This document shows, piece by piece, positions 47,140-56,448 of a stretch of DNA of 64,000 nt. The notes under the pieces were generated by a model. That model did no database searches and was not told where the DNA came from. It worked only from the letters and a program-made list of their open reading frames with translations. Each line of letters opens with the position of its first letter. Within the stretch, counting starts at the first letter, position 1. Origin of the DNA: an uncultured virus (IMG/VR IMGVR_UViG_3300020148_000038) (taxonomy: Duplodnaviria > Heunggongvirae > Uroviricota > Caudoviricetes). The stretch lies in IMG/VR virus record IMGVR_UViG_3300020148_000038; one strand, 5' to 3'. The position numbers were made by a program, and so were the translations under genes.

Positions 47140-48954
47140 TCAGGATTCAGAAGAAAGAGGATAGTCGGTATAGTTCACCGGCTCTATTCCATAGAACTCG
47201 TAAGGAACCTTCTTATCAGATGATTGCGTCCACCTAGTTTCGTTCATGTGAGTTTGCGGAAGCGAATCGTATTCTTCTTGTCTGTGTTCGAACATAGGGT
47301 TGATGGTATTATGTGCGAGTAACATGTTCGGAGTCGAGAATGTTATTCGAAGAAATGTTCGTAATCCGTCCGCTGTATCCAATGGGGTTCTGTGAACTGC
47401 ATACGGGTCCATCAGATAAATGTGGTTAGGCTTACTCTTGTAGATGTTGCTTTCATGAGCTTGTTTGTCGAACTCAGTGAAATGCCTTTCGTAAGTGTCG
47501 TCTATGTGTGCCACAAAGAATGGCTGTAGGCAGAACTCTGTCCCTGGTTCGGTGGTCAAGATGTATGAATGTGCAGCCGTTTCTTTCTCCGGAAAAGAGC
47601 CGCCCTGTAAATCATCGCCGTGGAATCCTGGGAATCTATGAGTTTTGCCACTTTCTATCACTCGACTATCATGGGTGATGTGTGCAACTTGTTCTTTGTA
47701 GTTCGGGTTGTGGCACTTGTCGTAGGCGAATATCCTAGTCAGGAGTGATTTGATTGGTAAGAACTCTTTCGGGATATTGATTTCTTCTTCGTTCCACCAC
47801 TTCAACGGCATCCTCAAAACGTTGGGGGTTTCTTGTATCTTCTCGACATTGGCAACACCTAAATCAATAGGAAGTCTTGGGTTGGTGTATTTGAACGGAT
47901 TGAAAGGTTCGGTCATATCGCGATAGGTTGGTGATAATGGTTGAACCTTTGGATATACATGGTTGGGAGCGATAATTGCCTCTCCTGGGGTCAGCGGGGC
48001 ATTTTCAAACACTCCGATATCCTGTTTTGCTTGGAGTCTTTCCTTGATGAGTTCTTGGGTCGGATAGGAGGAAACCTTGTCTGTTTCTGGTTTTTCGTCT
48101 AGTCCGTAGAACTCATAGTTGATGCCGTAATCTGGCTCTCTCAACCAATCGCGGATGTCAAGCTTGAAATCAGGTCTTACCTGCCCGAGCATCGGGTTCA
48201 GTGTGTTGTACTCAATAGGAAGCGGCGCGTTCGCTACGGTTATTCTGATGAACCCGCGATGTCCGTCTTCTGTTATCAACGGCGTCCTGTGCACCATGTA
48301 GGCATCCATTAGATAAAGGTGGTTGACTATACCTCGATAGATATTCTCAGGTCGTGCCTGCTGGTCGAACGCTTTGAACAAATTGGTAATGTCTTCATCA
48401 TAATGTTTGATAAAGAATGGTTGCATACAGAACTCAGTTGGATTCTTGGTGGTGATGATGTACGAATGTTCTGCAAGAAGCTTGTTCTTGAACTTGCCTC
48501 CTTGCAGTCCATCAACATGGAATCCTGGGAATCTTTGAGTCTCTGCTTTCTTGACGAAACCGTAATCGGTTGTAATGTGGATTTCACAGTTTTCGTAGTC
48601 TTTGTTGACCATTCTTTCGTATTCAAGAACCTGCTGAATGAAGTCTGTAGCTAACGAAAGTTCTTCGGGGATGTAGACTTTTGTATCTCCTACTGGTTTG
48701 ATGGTGAGTCTCAAAACGCGAGGAACTGTTTCGATGAATCCTATGTCAAAGGAACCTAGGTTGATGGGGAGTCTGGGAGAGGTGAAGTGATCGAAAGAGA
48801 ATGGGTCTGTAAGATGGGTATAGACAGGTGACCAAGACTGTGCTTTGGGCATCCACACTTCCCTAATGTCTAATACCTCGCCGTTGTTAGACAGAACGGT
48901 TTCATCATACTTGATGTTATCTACGGTTTTGTTGGCGGAAGCTGTATATCCCAT
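47140..48954 (-). CDS. Tandem two-domain 2OG-Fe(II) oxygenase-like protein
   Basis: Internal duplication; each half has FPGFHxD..HSYI..YLMDxYxVHRTP..RxFxRIT (HxD..H..R pattern). Confidence 0.7.
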   Translation of the reverse strand: MGYTASANKTVDNIKYDETVLSNNGEVLDIREVWMPKAQSWSPVYTHLTDPFSFDHFTSPRLPINLGSFDIGFIETVPRVLRLTIKPVGDTKVYIPEELSLATDFIQQVLEYERMVNKDYENCEIHITTDYGFVKKAETQRFPGFHVDGLQGGKFKNKLLAEHSYIITTKNPTEFCMQPFFIKHYDEDITNLFKAFDQQARPENIYRGIVNHLYLMDAYMVHRTPLITEDGHRGFIRITVANAPLPIEYNTLNPMLGQVRPDFKLDIRDWLREPDYGINYEFYGLDEKPETDKVSSYPTQELIKERLQAKQDIGVFENAPLTPGEAIIAPNHVYPKVQPLSPTYRDMTEPFNPFKYTNPRLPIDLGVANVEKIQETPNVLRMPLKWWNEEEINIPKEFLPIKSLLTRIFAYDKCHNPNYKEQVAHITHDSRVIESGKTHRFPGFHGDDLQGGSFPEKETAAHSYILTTEPGTEFCLQPFFVAHIDDTYERHFTEFDKQAHESNIYKSKPNHIYLMDPYAVHRTPLDTADGLRTFLRITFSTPNMLLAHNTINPMFEHRQEEYDSLPQTHMNETRWTQSSDKKVPYEFYGIEPVNYTDYPLSSES

Positions 48955-49182
48955 GTTAATGACCTTTCATCACTTGCTTTTGAGCAAGACAATATCATCT
49001 GTTGTTGAGTTAAATCGCATTTTAGTCAATTTGATGTTTTGGCTGTTCGGGATGTGCAAATTTCTTTTCATATTTAATGTGATTTCGCATGTAACTTGTT
49101 TTGGGTACATATTGCTCCCCCATTTTTTCAATCTAGTTAGGAAACATTGTTACTCTATTTAGACAACTAACAGGAGTCCTCT

Positions 49183-50751
49183 ATGTTTTATTTGAAAGAT
49201 GACCGAGCCGAAAACTCGATCATGCAAACAATCACTATAGCTGTCTCAGCTATCCTTATCGCGGCTGGTCTTGTAACTGCTCCGGGTCTTATTAATAATG
49301 CTCGTGACAATAATGCCAAGACCGACCTTGCGAATATCGCCTATGCGCAAGAGTTTGTTCTTAGCGTTCAAGGTACATACTTTGATGGTGAGTACGTCAC
49401 CATCCAGCAAGAAATGGACGGTGAAGGCGTCACTAAAGCCGAAGCTGTCAACAACCTTCAGTACATAGCTCAGAATGCTGGTCTAAGTGGACTAGGAACT
49501 TCTGTTGCTGTTGCAGATGAACAGCAGGGCGTTTCCTTTACCCTTTCGGGTGAGGTCACCAATCACACAATGGAAACCTGTGAAGCTGTTCCTTACTATC
49601 TCTTGAAGGACAAGTCTGCATCTGGTAAGTGGTTCTATAGAGGTTCGGGAAGCGCCGACACTTCTAGCGACTTCTCGCAGATTGCTAATGGAATCCCAAC
49701 TAAGGTTCTGGATGCTTGCCCTGGTTTCGGCGGTAATTTCGAAGAAGCTGGCGGAAACAGTGGTAACCCAAGCGATCCTGGAAATGATGATGAAGCGCCA
49801 TTCACTGATTACTCCAATGCGGACTACCTAGATATGTGGGGCGGAACCGTTATCGTCAGCACTGAGGATATTGCTGATGTAGCCCAGTTCCCTTGGAAGA
49901 ATGGACTCTCTTTGGGTGAAGGACACGAAGGTGTTCTTACTGATATTCAGGCGTTCGCTGGTGGAACCGATATTTCATCAGAGTTCACAAATATTAGCTC
50001 GGGCACAATAGCCTACTACTATGATGATGACACCGACGAATATCCACCATTCGTAGAATTTGATTTTGATATAAATGACCTCCTTGGATTGTTTGATTCT
50101 GGTAACATTCGCGACTTCTTTACCGATGGTTGGTTTAGCGCTACTATTGACGGAGTTCCGAATAATACCATGCGCATTCAGTTGGACAGTGATACCGTAA
50201 ACAGTGTTCTTGGATTGGGTGACCCCAACATTGGCTCCGATCAAGCACACGCTCCATACGCAGCTTATGATGCGTATGGACGTCCATACGGAATGACGGT
50301 TACATTCGAAGATTTCATCTTCGGAACCAACATACCATACAACAACAACATGTTTATGTATGACTCAGGTCAAGATGCTCGTCTTGGAAACATGGAGTTC
50401 GGTGAGGCGCAAATCCTTAGTGTAATTGACTCTAACGGTGATAGCTACACAATAGATCTCAATCCTGGATATGGTTTCTATGGACAGGTTGAAGTCACTT
50501 ATGACGGAAGAGTAGATTTCAGTTTCCGTATTCGTTCCGACAGTGACCCAGAGACAAATTCGTATGATGCAGATGAGTTCCCCAGTGGATTCCGTATCTT
50601 GGATTCGTCTAGCGTAGACCAACGTTCAGAGTTGCTGTGGCCAGACTCCTATGATGTACCTGCCTTGGAAGACGGTTACTTGGAAGTTCTACTACCAGGC
50701 GCTACAGAGTCGTTCTGGCTGAAGATTAAGTCTCCTGTAGTACCAGCATAA
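49183..50751 (+). CDS. Pilin-like N-terminus family copy 6
   Basis: MFYLKDDRAENSIMQT..; C-terminal domains related to copy 4. Confidence 0.88.
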   Translation: MFYLKDDRAENSIMQTITIAVSAILIAAGLVTAPGLINNARDNNAKTDLANIAYAQEFVLSVQGTYFDGEYVTIQQEMDGEGVTKAEAVNNLQYIAQNAGLSGLGTSVAVADEQQGVSFTLSGEVTNHTMETCEAVPYYLLKDKSASGKWFYRGSGSADTSSDFSQIANGIPTKVLDACPGFGGNFEEAGGNSGNPSDPGNDDEAPFTDYSNADYLDMWGGTVIVSTEDIADVAQFPWKNGLSLGEGHEGVLTDIQAFAGGTDISSEFTNISSGTIAYYYDDDTDEYPPFVEFDFDINDLLGLFDSGNIRDFFTDGWFSATIDGVPNNTMRIQLDSDTVNSVLGLGDPNIGSDQAHAPYAAYDAYGRPYGMTVTFEDFIFGTNIPYNNNMFMYDSGQDARLGNMEFGEAQILSVIDSNGDSYTIDLNPGYGFYGQVEVTYDGRVDFSFRIRSDSDPETNSYDADEFPSGFRILDSSSVDQRSELLWPDSYDVPALEDGYLEVLLPGATESFWLKIKSPVVPA

Positions 50752-50760
50752 TCTGGTAAT

Positions 50761-50806
50761 CAAAACGGGCGGGTGTGTCAAATTTTAGACCACCCGCCCG
50801 TTTTGC
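50761..50806 (+). terminator. Intrinsic terminator
   Basis: CAAAACGGGCGGGTG..CACCCGCCCGTTTTG. Confidence 0.8.
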
Positions 50807-50831
50807 TTGTGATTGATGTAAAATATTCACT

Positions 50832-51272
50832 ATGTTTAAATTCAACTCTAAAAGTATATCCATTGCCTCTATAACGTTATTGGCTATAGTTGGTTTATCT
50901 GGTTGCTCTGCCGATTCAACATCAGATTCACCGCGTCCCGCTCCACCCAAACCTACAACTAGCGTATTTGAAAAACATGCTCTCGACCTCATTCATTCAG
51001 AGGGCGGTGCTGGTGTCAGACCTGGGCAGATTAGGGGTGTTGCTCGTGCCGTTTGTGTCGATCTTGCAAAAGGTGGCACCTTGGACTCCATTGCCGAAAC
51101 CATCTCTAATCAGCATGTCTCCATTTCAGATGAGAGAGTTCGTCAGTTCTGGACTATTCAATATCTCCAGAAGGTCGGATGTCCGGATACTCCAGTTCCC
51201 AACCCAGATGGCTTCGAGGATGCTCCGAGACTGGATGAACTTGTTCCGGAAGGTACAGCAGAGTCCAAGTAA
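50832..51272 (+). CDS. Lipoprotein (DUF732-like)
   Basis: Signal peptide with lipobox LSGC; Pro/Ser linker; ARAVCVDLAKG..CP. Confidence 0.75.
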   Translation: MFKFNSKSISIASITLLAIVGLSGCSADSTSDSPRPAPPKPTTSVFEKHALDLIHSEGGAGVRPGQIRGVARAVCVDLAKGGTLDSIAETISNQHVSISDERVRQFWTIQYLQKVGCPDTPVPNPDGFEDAPRLDELVPEGTAESK

Positions 51273-51287
51273 AACGGCTTTTCCTTT

Positions 51288-51325
51288 AAACAACCCTCGC
51301 TATTTGACGAGGGTTGTTTGCTTTT
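51288..51325 (+). terminator. Intrinsic terminator
   Basis: AAACAACCCTCG..CGAGGGTTGTTT. Confidence 0.75.
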
Positions 51326-51361
51326 GTACATTTGACTTTTTAGCTGTAATAAGGTAATATA

Positions 51362-51796
51362 TTGTTGTTATTAGGACGGAATAATTCGGTGTCAGCTAGC
51401 TGTATGCTCATTGTATTTCGGGAGAACAAAATCAATCCCGAAATAGTTAAGCGTTATGTTTTAAATGACATTACTGATTACGACGACCTATATGCATTAG
51501 AAATACATGACAAGGTGGATAATGAATATTATTCTGTCATGTACAAAGACGAAATTCTCTACGATGGTGCCCTTAACATTGCAGACATCTCCTGGTCGAA
51601 GCTGTCTGAAGCAATGCGTGAAATCGAAAGTTTTTATTCCGAAAATGGTGGCGTTGTCAAAATAACCCCAGAAACAATAACAACGCACGAGCGGTTATTT
51701 AGAGACAATAAGCACGAAGAAGTAATTGGCGAAGAACGTGTCCGGGACTTTCTTCAACAGCACCTCGGTAAGATTTCGCATTTGGCTTATTGGTAA
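51362..51796 (+). CDS. Hypothetical protein (start uncertain)
   Basis: TTGACT-17-TAATAT at 51332-51360; ORF open to 51796. Confidence 0.55.
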   Translation: MLLLGRNNSVSASCMLIVFRENKINPEIVKRYVLNDITDYDDLYALEIHDKVDNEYYSVMYKDEILYDGALNIADISWSKLSEAMREIESFYSENGGVVKITPETITTHERLFRDNKHEEVIGEERVRDFLQQHLGKISHLAYW

Positions 51797-51823
51797 TCAA
51801 GGACAGAAGGGAGATTTACGATA

Positions 51824-52339
51824 ATGAGTGAATGGATTGTTCCCAGCGCAGAATACATTAGCGCGGCGAAAAATATCCCCTTTTCTGATGAGAATGTGAT
51901 TGAAGTAGTCTCCCGCGAACGGGAGAACCAAGACTACATTTTTAGAAAGCACATGGACGAGTTTGGTCATGTACCTCCGACGCTGAATCATATTATGGCG
52001 TACACCAGCAGCAGATGGACCTTCTTTAGGGAGAATTCATTTGTTACTGTTGGTGAGGTAGCGCACTTGGCTATTAGAAACCCTTTTAGCTTACCTAGTT
52101 ATGGCGAAGACCATATTGATTCCAAATCATATCAACATTACCGCGACAATTCATCCCTATCATGGGCGATCCTGCTTTCTGGTGTACCACAAAGAGATAG
52201 AGGCAAATTTCGTTCCTTTGATTTTGACGAAATCTCTTCTTGTGTCGCAGCCGGGGTAACGGATTTATTCCTGTTGCGAAAGGTAATTGATGGGGAAATC
52301 GACCTCGATATAGCGGTGAATTTGATAGGGAGTGATTGA
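51824..52339 (+). CDS. C-terminal GIDxD-family protein
   Basis: Ends CVAAGVTD..VIDGEIDLDIAVNLIGSD. Confidence 0.8.
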   Translation: MSEWIVPSAEYISAAKNIPFSDENVIEVVSRERENQDYIFRKHMDEFGHVPPTLNHIMAYTSSRWTFFRENSFVTVGEVAHLAIRNPFSLPSYGEDHIDSKSYQHYRDNSSLSWAILLSGVPQRDRGKFRSFDFDEISSCVAAGVTDLFLLRKVIDGEIDLDIAVNLIGSD

Positions 52340-52838
52340 TGTGAACCAAACATGGCATGCGCCTATCGATGTAGCTAATGAAGTAGTTGATTATTATCGA
52401 ACTGATATCAATTCAATCATTCTTGATTTTGAGAAGCCTTCCTTCACGGGAGTTATCACCATGAAGGACGTTGCTTATCATCTGGGTCGCAATTGGAACT
52501 TCTATGACGGCTTGCGGTATCTAGATGTCATTCAGGTAGTGGAGTTAATGCGGCGTACAGATGTATCTCTGAAGAGCGTCAACACATATTACATCAAGAT
52601 GATTGTAGATATCTTCAGTGAGTGGGGCGGGGACATGACATTATGTTGGGCTATTCTGTTCTATAGAAAGTCCTTGGACTCTTCTTTCCTGCGAAATGTT
52701 GCACATTTCGGGTTTGATAATGTTGCTCCTTTGATTGCCGCTGGCATTCGTGATGGGTCAATTATTGAAGCTGTGGTAGAGGGTAGAATAGATGCTGATA
52801 TTGCTTTGGCAATTAACGAACCTTTGTTCTCAAATTGA
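52332..52838 (+). CDS. C-terminal GIDxD-family protein
   Basis: LIAAGIRD..VVEGRIDADIALAI; tandem paralogue of 51824 (WAIL motif). Confidence 0.8.
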   Translation: MIDVNQTWHAPIDVANEVVDYYRTDINSIILDFEKPSFTGVITMKDVAYHLGRNWNFYDGLRYLDVIQVVELMRRTDVSLKSVNTYYIKMIVDIFSEWGGDMTLCWAILFYRKSLDSSFLRNVAHFGFDNVAPLIAAGIRDGSIIEAVVEGRIDADIALAINEPLFSN

Positions 52839-52890
52839 ACTATTCGGATCATCCATCAGCTAGACTCGTGACGAAACTTCGCACAGGAGA

Positions 52891-53211
52891 ATGAAAATGA
52901 TTGACAAGGTTCGTAACGCTGAAATAGTAAGGCTCCACGGTAAGGATGTGCGAGCTTCGTTAGCAAGCGTGCCATATGCTTCTGTGATTCATAAAATCTG
53001 TACAAAGCAAGACAGGGGATATCCCAATTATCGTGTGGCGTCCGAAGATTTTCCCATCACCCTTTTTGAAATAGTTGGGGGTAACATGGTGACGCTTCGC
53101 AGCGTAGTATCTGTTATAGACGACCTTTATTCTCAGGACGAAATTGATTCGATTGTGGCTTGGTTCGAGTTTTCGCGGACGCTATCTCAAGCCCGAAGAC
53201 TTGATTATTGA
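52891..53211 (+). CDS. Hypothetical protein
   Basis: AGGAG RBS; 106 aa. Confidence 0.7.
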   Translation: MKMIDKVRNAEIVRLHGKDVRASLASVPYASVIHKICTKQDRGYPNYRVASEDFPITLFEIVGGNMVTLRSVVSVIDDLYSQDEIDSIVAWFEFSRTLSQARRLDY

Positions 53212-53300
53212 CTTATCAAGCTTAGGGGCTTTACAGACGGATTGTATATTCTTGGTGTCTTCAGTTCAAGATATAGTATGAACACCGAAAGGATCATTGA

Positions 53301-54258
53301 ATGTCTAACCTTAAACCTGAAGTTCGAGTCGATAAGAATGGTTACTCGTCACGTCAAAATTGATGGTTCTGGTATCAAGTCGGCTTTACCTGACATAGCA
53401 AAAGCTTTCTCCCATTACAGCGATAGAACCATATTTTCAGATCCAAAAATCAAGGTTGATGATGAAGACTACTTCTTTTTCACCGAAGAGCATGCAGTCG
53501 GAACTTTTAACGAAATCGCTGAAGCCGAGATAGAGAAAATTGTAGATGACGGCAATGTGCCTATCTACGTTCTTACTGGTCGGTCACATTACAATGACGC
53601 TAAGGACTGGCTCTGTAATCAACATTTTGATTTAAAGACAGATGAAAATATCAACGATTTCATGGTGAAGAATGAACGGTTCATTACAGAATTCTTAAAA
53701 CGTGAGTACAAAGCGGATGTCGATTGGAGTGACGATTGGGAATTCCGGTTGGTTTGGGAGTGTGAGTCTGTAGACGGATATTCTGTTTCTGATGCATGGG
53801 ATGAATGGGAGAAGACATCAGCGAGTAGATTCTTTAACGAGTCGGACCCAGGAACATTTGGTTCGCGAAACATGTGGGCTGCTCTGGCTAATGCAATTAA
53901 AGCCAGAGATGAAGTAGCCGATTCAAATTTTGAAGATATCGTTCTTCTTTCCAAGTCTCCGAATATCGACATACTTCGAGCGGTTTCTAAAGATGTCCAC
54001 GCGAGCTTTGGAAAATACGGTCATGTCATACGAGAGAATCTAGTCAATAACAAATCAACACCTTCAGATGTGCTCGCAAACGTGTTCTTCAACGCGCGGG
54101 TAGAGTCGTCTATGCTTGCAGTAGTCAACCATCCGAATCTCACAGAGGAAGATTTGGGTATGATGAGGGGTGCCGATATAAGCGACTCTGTTAGAGACGC
54201 AATTGATGCAAGATTCGCGAAGAATGTTATGAATGGGTTCGGCGGCGAGTCCATATAA
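53301..54258 (+). pseudogene. DKNG-leader protein with a frameshift inside the leader; C-terminal LRV-like repeats
   Basis: GTCT-N11-TATAGT (53257-53277), GAAAGGA RBS, ATG 53301 reads MSNLKPEVRVDKNG then goes out of frame; the main frame continues VTRHVKID. Confidence 0.7.
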
Positions 54259-54263
54259 CCGTT

Positions 54264-54638
54264 TTAGATGTCCAAGTGATTGATGCCTAATCGGATAAAG
54301 TCTTTATGACACCAGGCTGCTAGCTCATCAAATATTTCCAGCGCCATTTCGCCATTCTTCACATCTGACGGGTCTAATTCTTCACCGTACACTGTGTGAA
54401 TGGATACAACCTCTACCCGGTCTTCGATAGTTTGAAGCTCTAATGTGACGATATCTGGGTTGAGAGATGATATTGCGTCGGACAATCTCTTCAGTTCTTC
54501 TTGGAACTGGTTATCTGATTTTGTAGTGATGGCAGAGACTCTTCCTAGCGATTTATTTGATTTGGACGCTGATCTTTTGTGAACGGTTGTTCTCTTGCCA
54601 TTCTTGTCTATGATTGGAGTTGGTATTAAGTCGTTCAT
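54264..54638 (-). CDS. DKNG-leader protein, small cargo
   Basis: MNDLIPTPIIDKNGKRTTVHKR; GTCA-N11-TACGAT at 54677-54657; start re-assigned from 54797. Confidence 0.85.
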   Translation of the reverse strand: MNDLIPTPIIDKNGKRTTVHKRSASKSNKSLGRVSAITTKSDNQFQEELKRLSDAISSLNPDIVTLELQTIEDRVEVVSIHTVYGEELDPSDVKNGEMALEIFDELAAWCHKDFIRLGINHLDI

Positions 54639-54687
54639 TAGGTCTGCCTCGTTGTTATCGTAACAGCGGCTTGTGACAAGTAATGAA

Positions 54688-55245
54688 TCACCCAAATAAG
54701 GACTTGAGCGAAAGATGCAGGGACTTGAGTTCTCTACCTTCATCTTCATACGGATTGCCGACGTGCTTAAGTAACGATTCCAGCCTGATATCTTCAACTG
54801 TATTTTCTTCTACATCAATAAAGCTTTGGGGAGATGTCTTGATACTGAATATTGTTTTGACGCCTCTCCCCAGAAGTTCTTCTCGGTGTGTTTTGAACAG
54901 GTTGGTTACTTCTGCAAGGTGTTCATATTGAGACAGATCCTTGCTTCGCGCACTTACAGGAGCGCTGGTTTTGTCTGAGATGTAACTGATAGACCTTGAT
55001 ATTATTTGGGAAATTTCCGAGTCTTCTACAGACAGAGATTCTATTTCGGGATCTATCGCCAAAGCCACTTCCGAGAAGAGCGATTGATGTACCCTTTTTA
55101 TCTCGTCTTCAATAGCTATCAACGTAGCGACTTTTTCATATATGAATTCGATTGTTTCTTGGTTCTCGGGTAGTTCATTGTAGAGATTCCGAGCAACCTC
55201 TTTAGATTGGTCTGTCTCGACGGCCGAGCTATACACAGTCATCAC
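54688..55245 (-). CDS. Hypothetical acidic helical protein
   Basis: GGGGAG RBS; 185 aa. Confidence 0.75.
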   Translation of the reverse strand: MMTVYSSAVETDQSKEVARNLYNELPENQETIEFIYEKVATLIAIEDEIKRVHQSLFSEVALAIDPEIESLSVEDSEISQIISRSISYISDKTSAPVSARSKDLSQYEHLAEVTNLFKTHREELLGRGVKTIFSIKTSPQSFIDVEENTVEDIRLESLLKHVGNPYEDEGRELKSLHLSLKSLFG

Positions 55246-55344
55246 TCCCCCTTCTATTTAGATATTCATTCTATCTCTTTTGGGGTTGCTGTGAGAAAAA
55301 CCAAGAGTATTGAAAGGCATGCATATTCAAGATATGATTCTTAA

Positions 55345-55902
55345 ATGAGTTGTTTAGTTGATGGTTCCGATCTAGATAATCCAGACGAGCTTGAAGACTT
55401 TATTTTAGATATGATCCTCGAACATCCGAGAACATCTTCTATTACGTCCGATAGGGTTTTCGAGAACGCTTTTGCTGAAAGAATCATTAATTTTTATAAA
55501 GACGATATAACAGATATCGGAACTAAAAACGAAACATACGAGTTGGCTTTCTCGTCCGATGATTTATATAATTCGAGCACCCCATATAACCTCATTCCAG
55601 AAGTTCTTCTTATTGCCGAATTAGAGTTCATTTCCTGGGCTACAACTCATCCGCGAACAGATATTGATTTCTTTGAGTATCATCGAAAATTAATATCCCT
55701 TAACCGACTAACTTCACAGAATCTCCTGAATAAAGTTAAATCCATGAATAATTTTGTTATGGTCTGGGGTTCTCTGATTAAGGATTATCCTGACGTTGCT
55801 GCCGAGCTTTATCGTATTCCGATACTTCATCCTGATGAAATATCAGCAGCGATGCAACATGGCATTGATTTGGAGATTGTTCGTACTCTGAAGCCTGAGT
55901 AG
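55345..55902 (+). CDS. C-terminal GIDxD-family protein
   Basis: Ends AMQHGIDLEIVRTLKPE; TTGAAA-17-TATGAT (55310-55338), leaderless. Confidence 0.8.
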   Translation: MSCLVDGSDLDNPDELEDFILDMILEHPRTSSITSDRVFENAFAERIINFYKDDITDIGTKNETYELAFSSDDLYNSSTPYNLIPEVLLIAELEFISWATTHPRTDIDFFEYHRKLISLNRLTSQNLLNKVKSMNNFVMVWGSLIKDYPDVAAELYRIPILHPDEISAAMQHGIDLEIVRTLKPE

Positions 55903-55948
55903 CAAAACGCATCTTGTATTATTTTCCGTTTTAAGCTAGAATGTTTCT

Positions 55949-56434
55949 ATGAGATGGGATATTGATAGTCCGGCGAGTGACGCAGTGTTGCCTCTTACAA
56001 TAAATCTGGTTGTGCAACCAACCCTGGATAAATTTCCACGGACGAACCCGATCTTTAGCAAAGATGATGTCGTACTCTTTGCTGCTTGGATGTATCTTCG
56101 TATGAATAACTCTGATTATCAGAAAGATCTTGTTTTTGATGGAACCATCGAAGATGGAAGAAGATTTGCTACCGCTATGGCGATGGAGTGGTGTCTGTGG
56201 ATTCTCTCCTATAACAATCACCCCTGGAAAGACATGGCGCTAACAATTCAGAATAGTTTGCTCAACTCTTCCGATCCGGATTGGGATAATGAAATGGTTG
56301 ATGTGCTCAACTCTCATTTCCCATCCAAGCGGGCATCTCTTGCTAAACTTTTCGAACAAGACATCTACAGTCCGAGCAAGATAGAAGAAGTGCTTTCGTA
56401 TTCTATCGATGCAGATATTATGGACAGCATCTAA
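55949..56434 (+). CDS. C-terminal GIDxD-family protein
   Basis: Ends VLSYSIDADIMDSI; TTGTAT-17-TAGAAT (55914-55942), leaderless. Confidence 0.8.
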   Translation: MRWDIDSPASDAVLPLTINLVVQPTLDKFPRTNPIFSKDDVVLFAAWMYLRMNNSDYQKDLVFDGTIEDGRRFATAMAMEWCLWILSYNNHPWKDMALTIQNSLLNSSDPDWDNEMVDVLNSHFPSKRASLAKLFEQDIYSPSKIEEVLSYSIDADIMDSI

Positions 56435-56448
56435 TCTTCGGTAGTAGT

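Noticed and set aside
7397..50751. Diversity-generating retroelement or shufflon driving the variable pilin-like C-termini
   Set aside because: No reverse transcriptase, invertase, TR/VR pair with adenine-specific differences or inverted cassettes seen; each copy is a complete gene
1000..54638. DKNG motif as an EF-hand calcium loop (DxNxDG)
   Set aside because: Lacks the later acidic ligands and flanking helices; flanks are beta-branched strand-like residues, and variants lose the Asp
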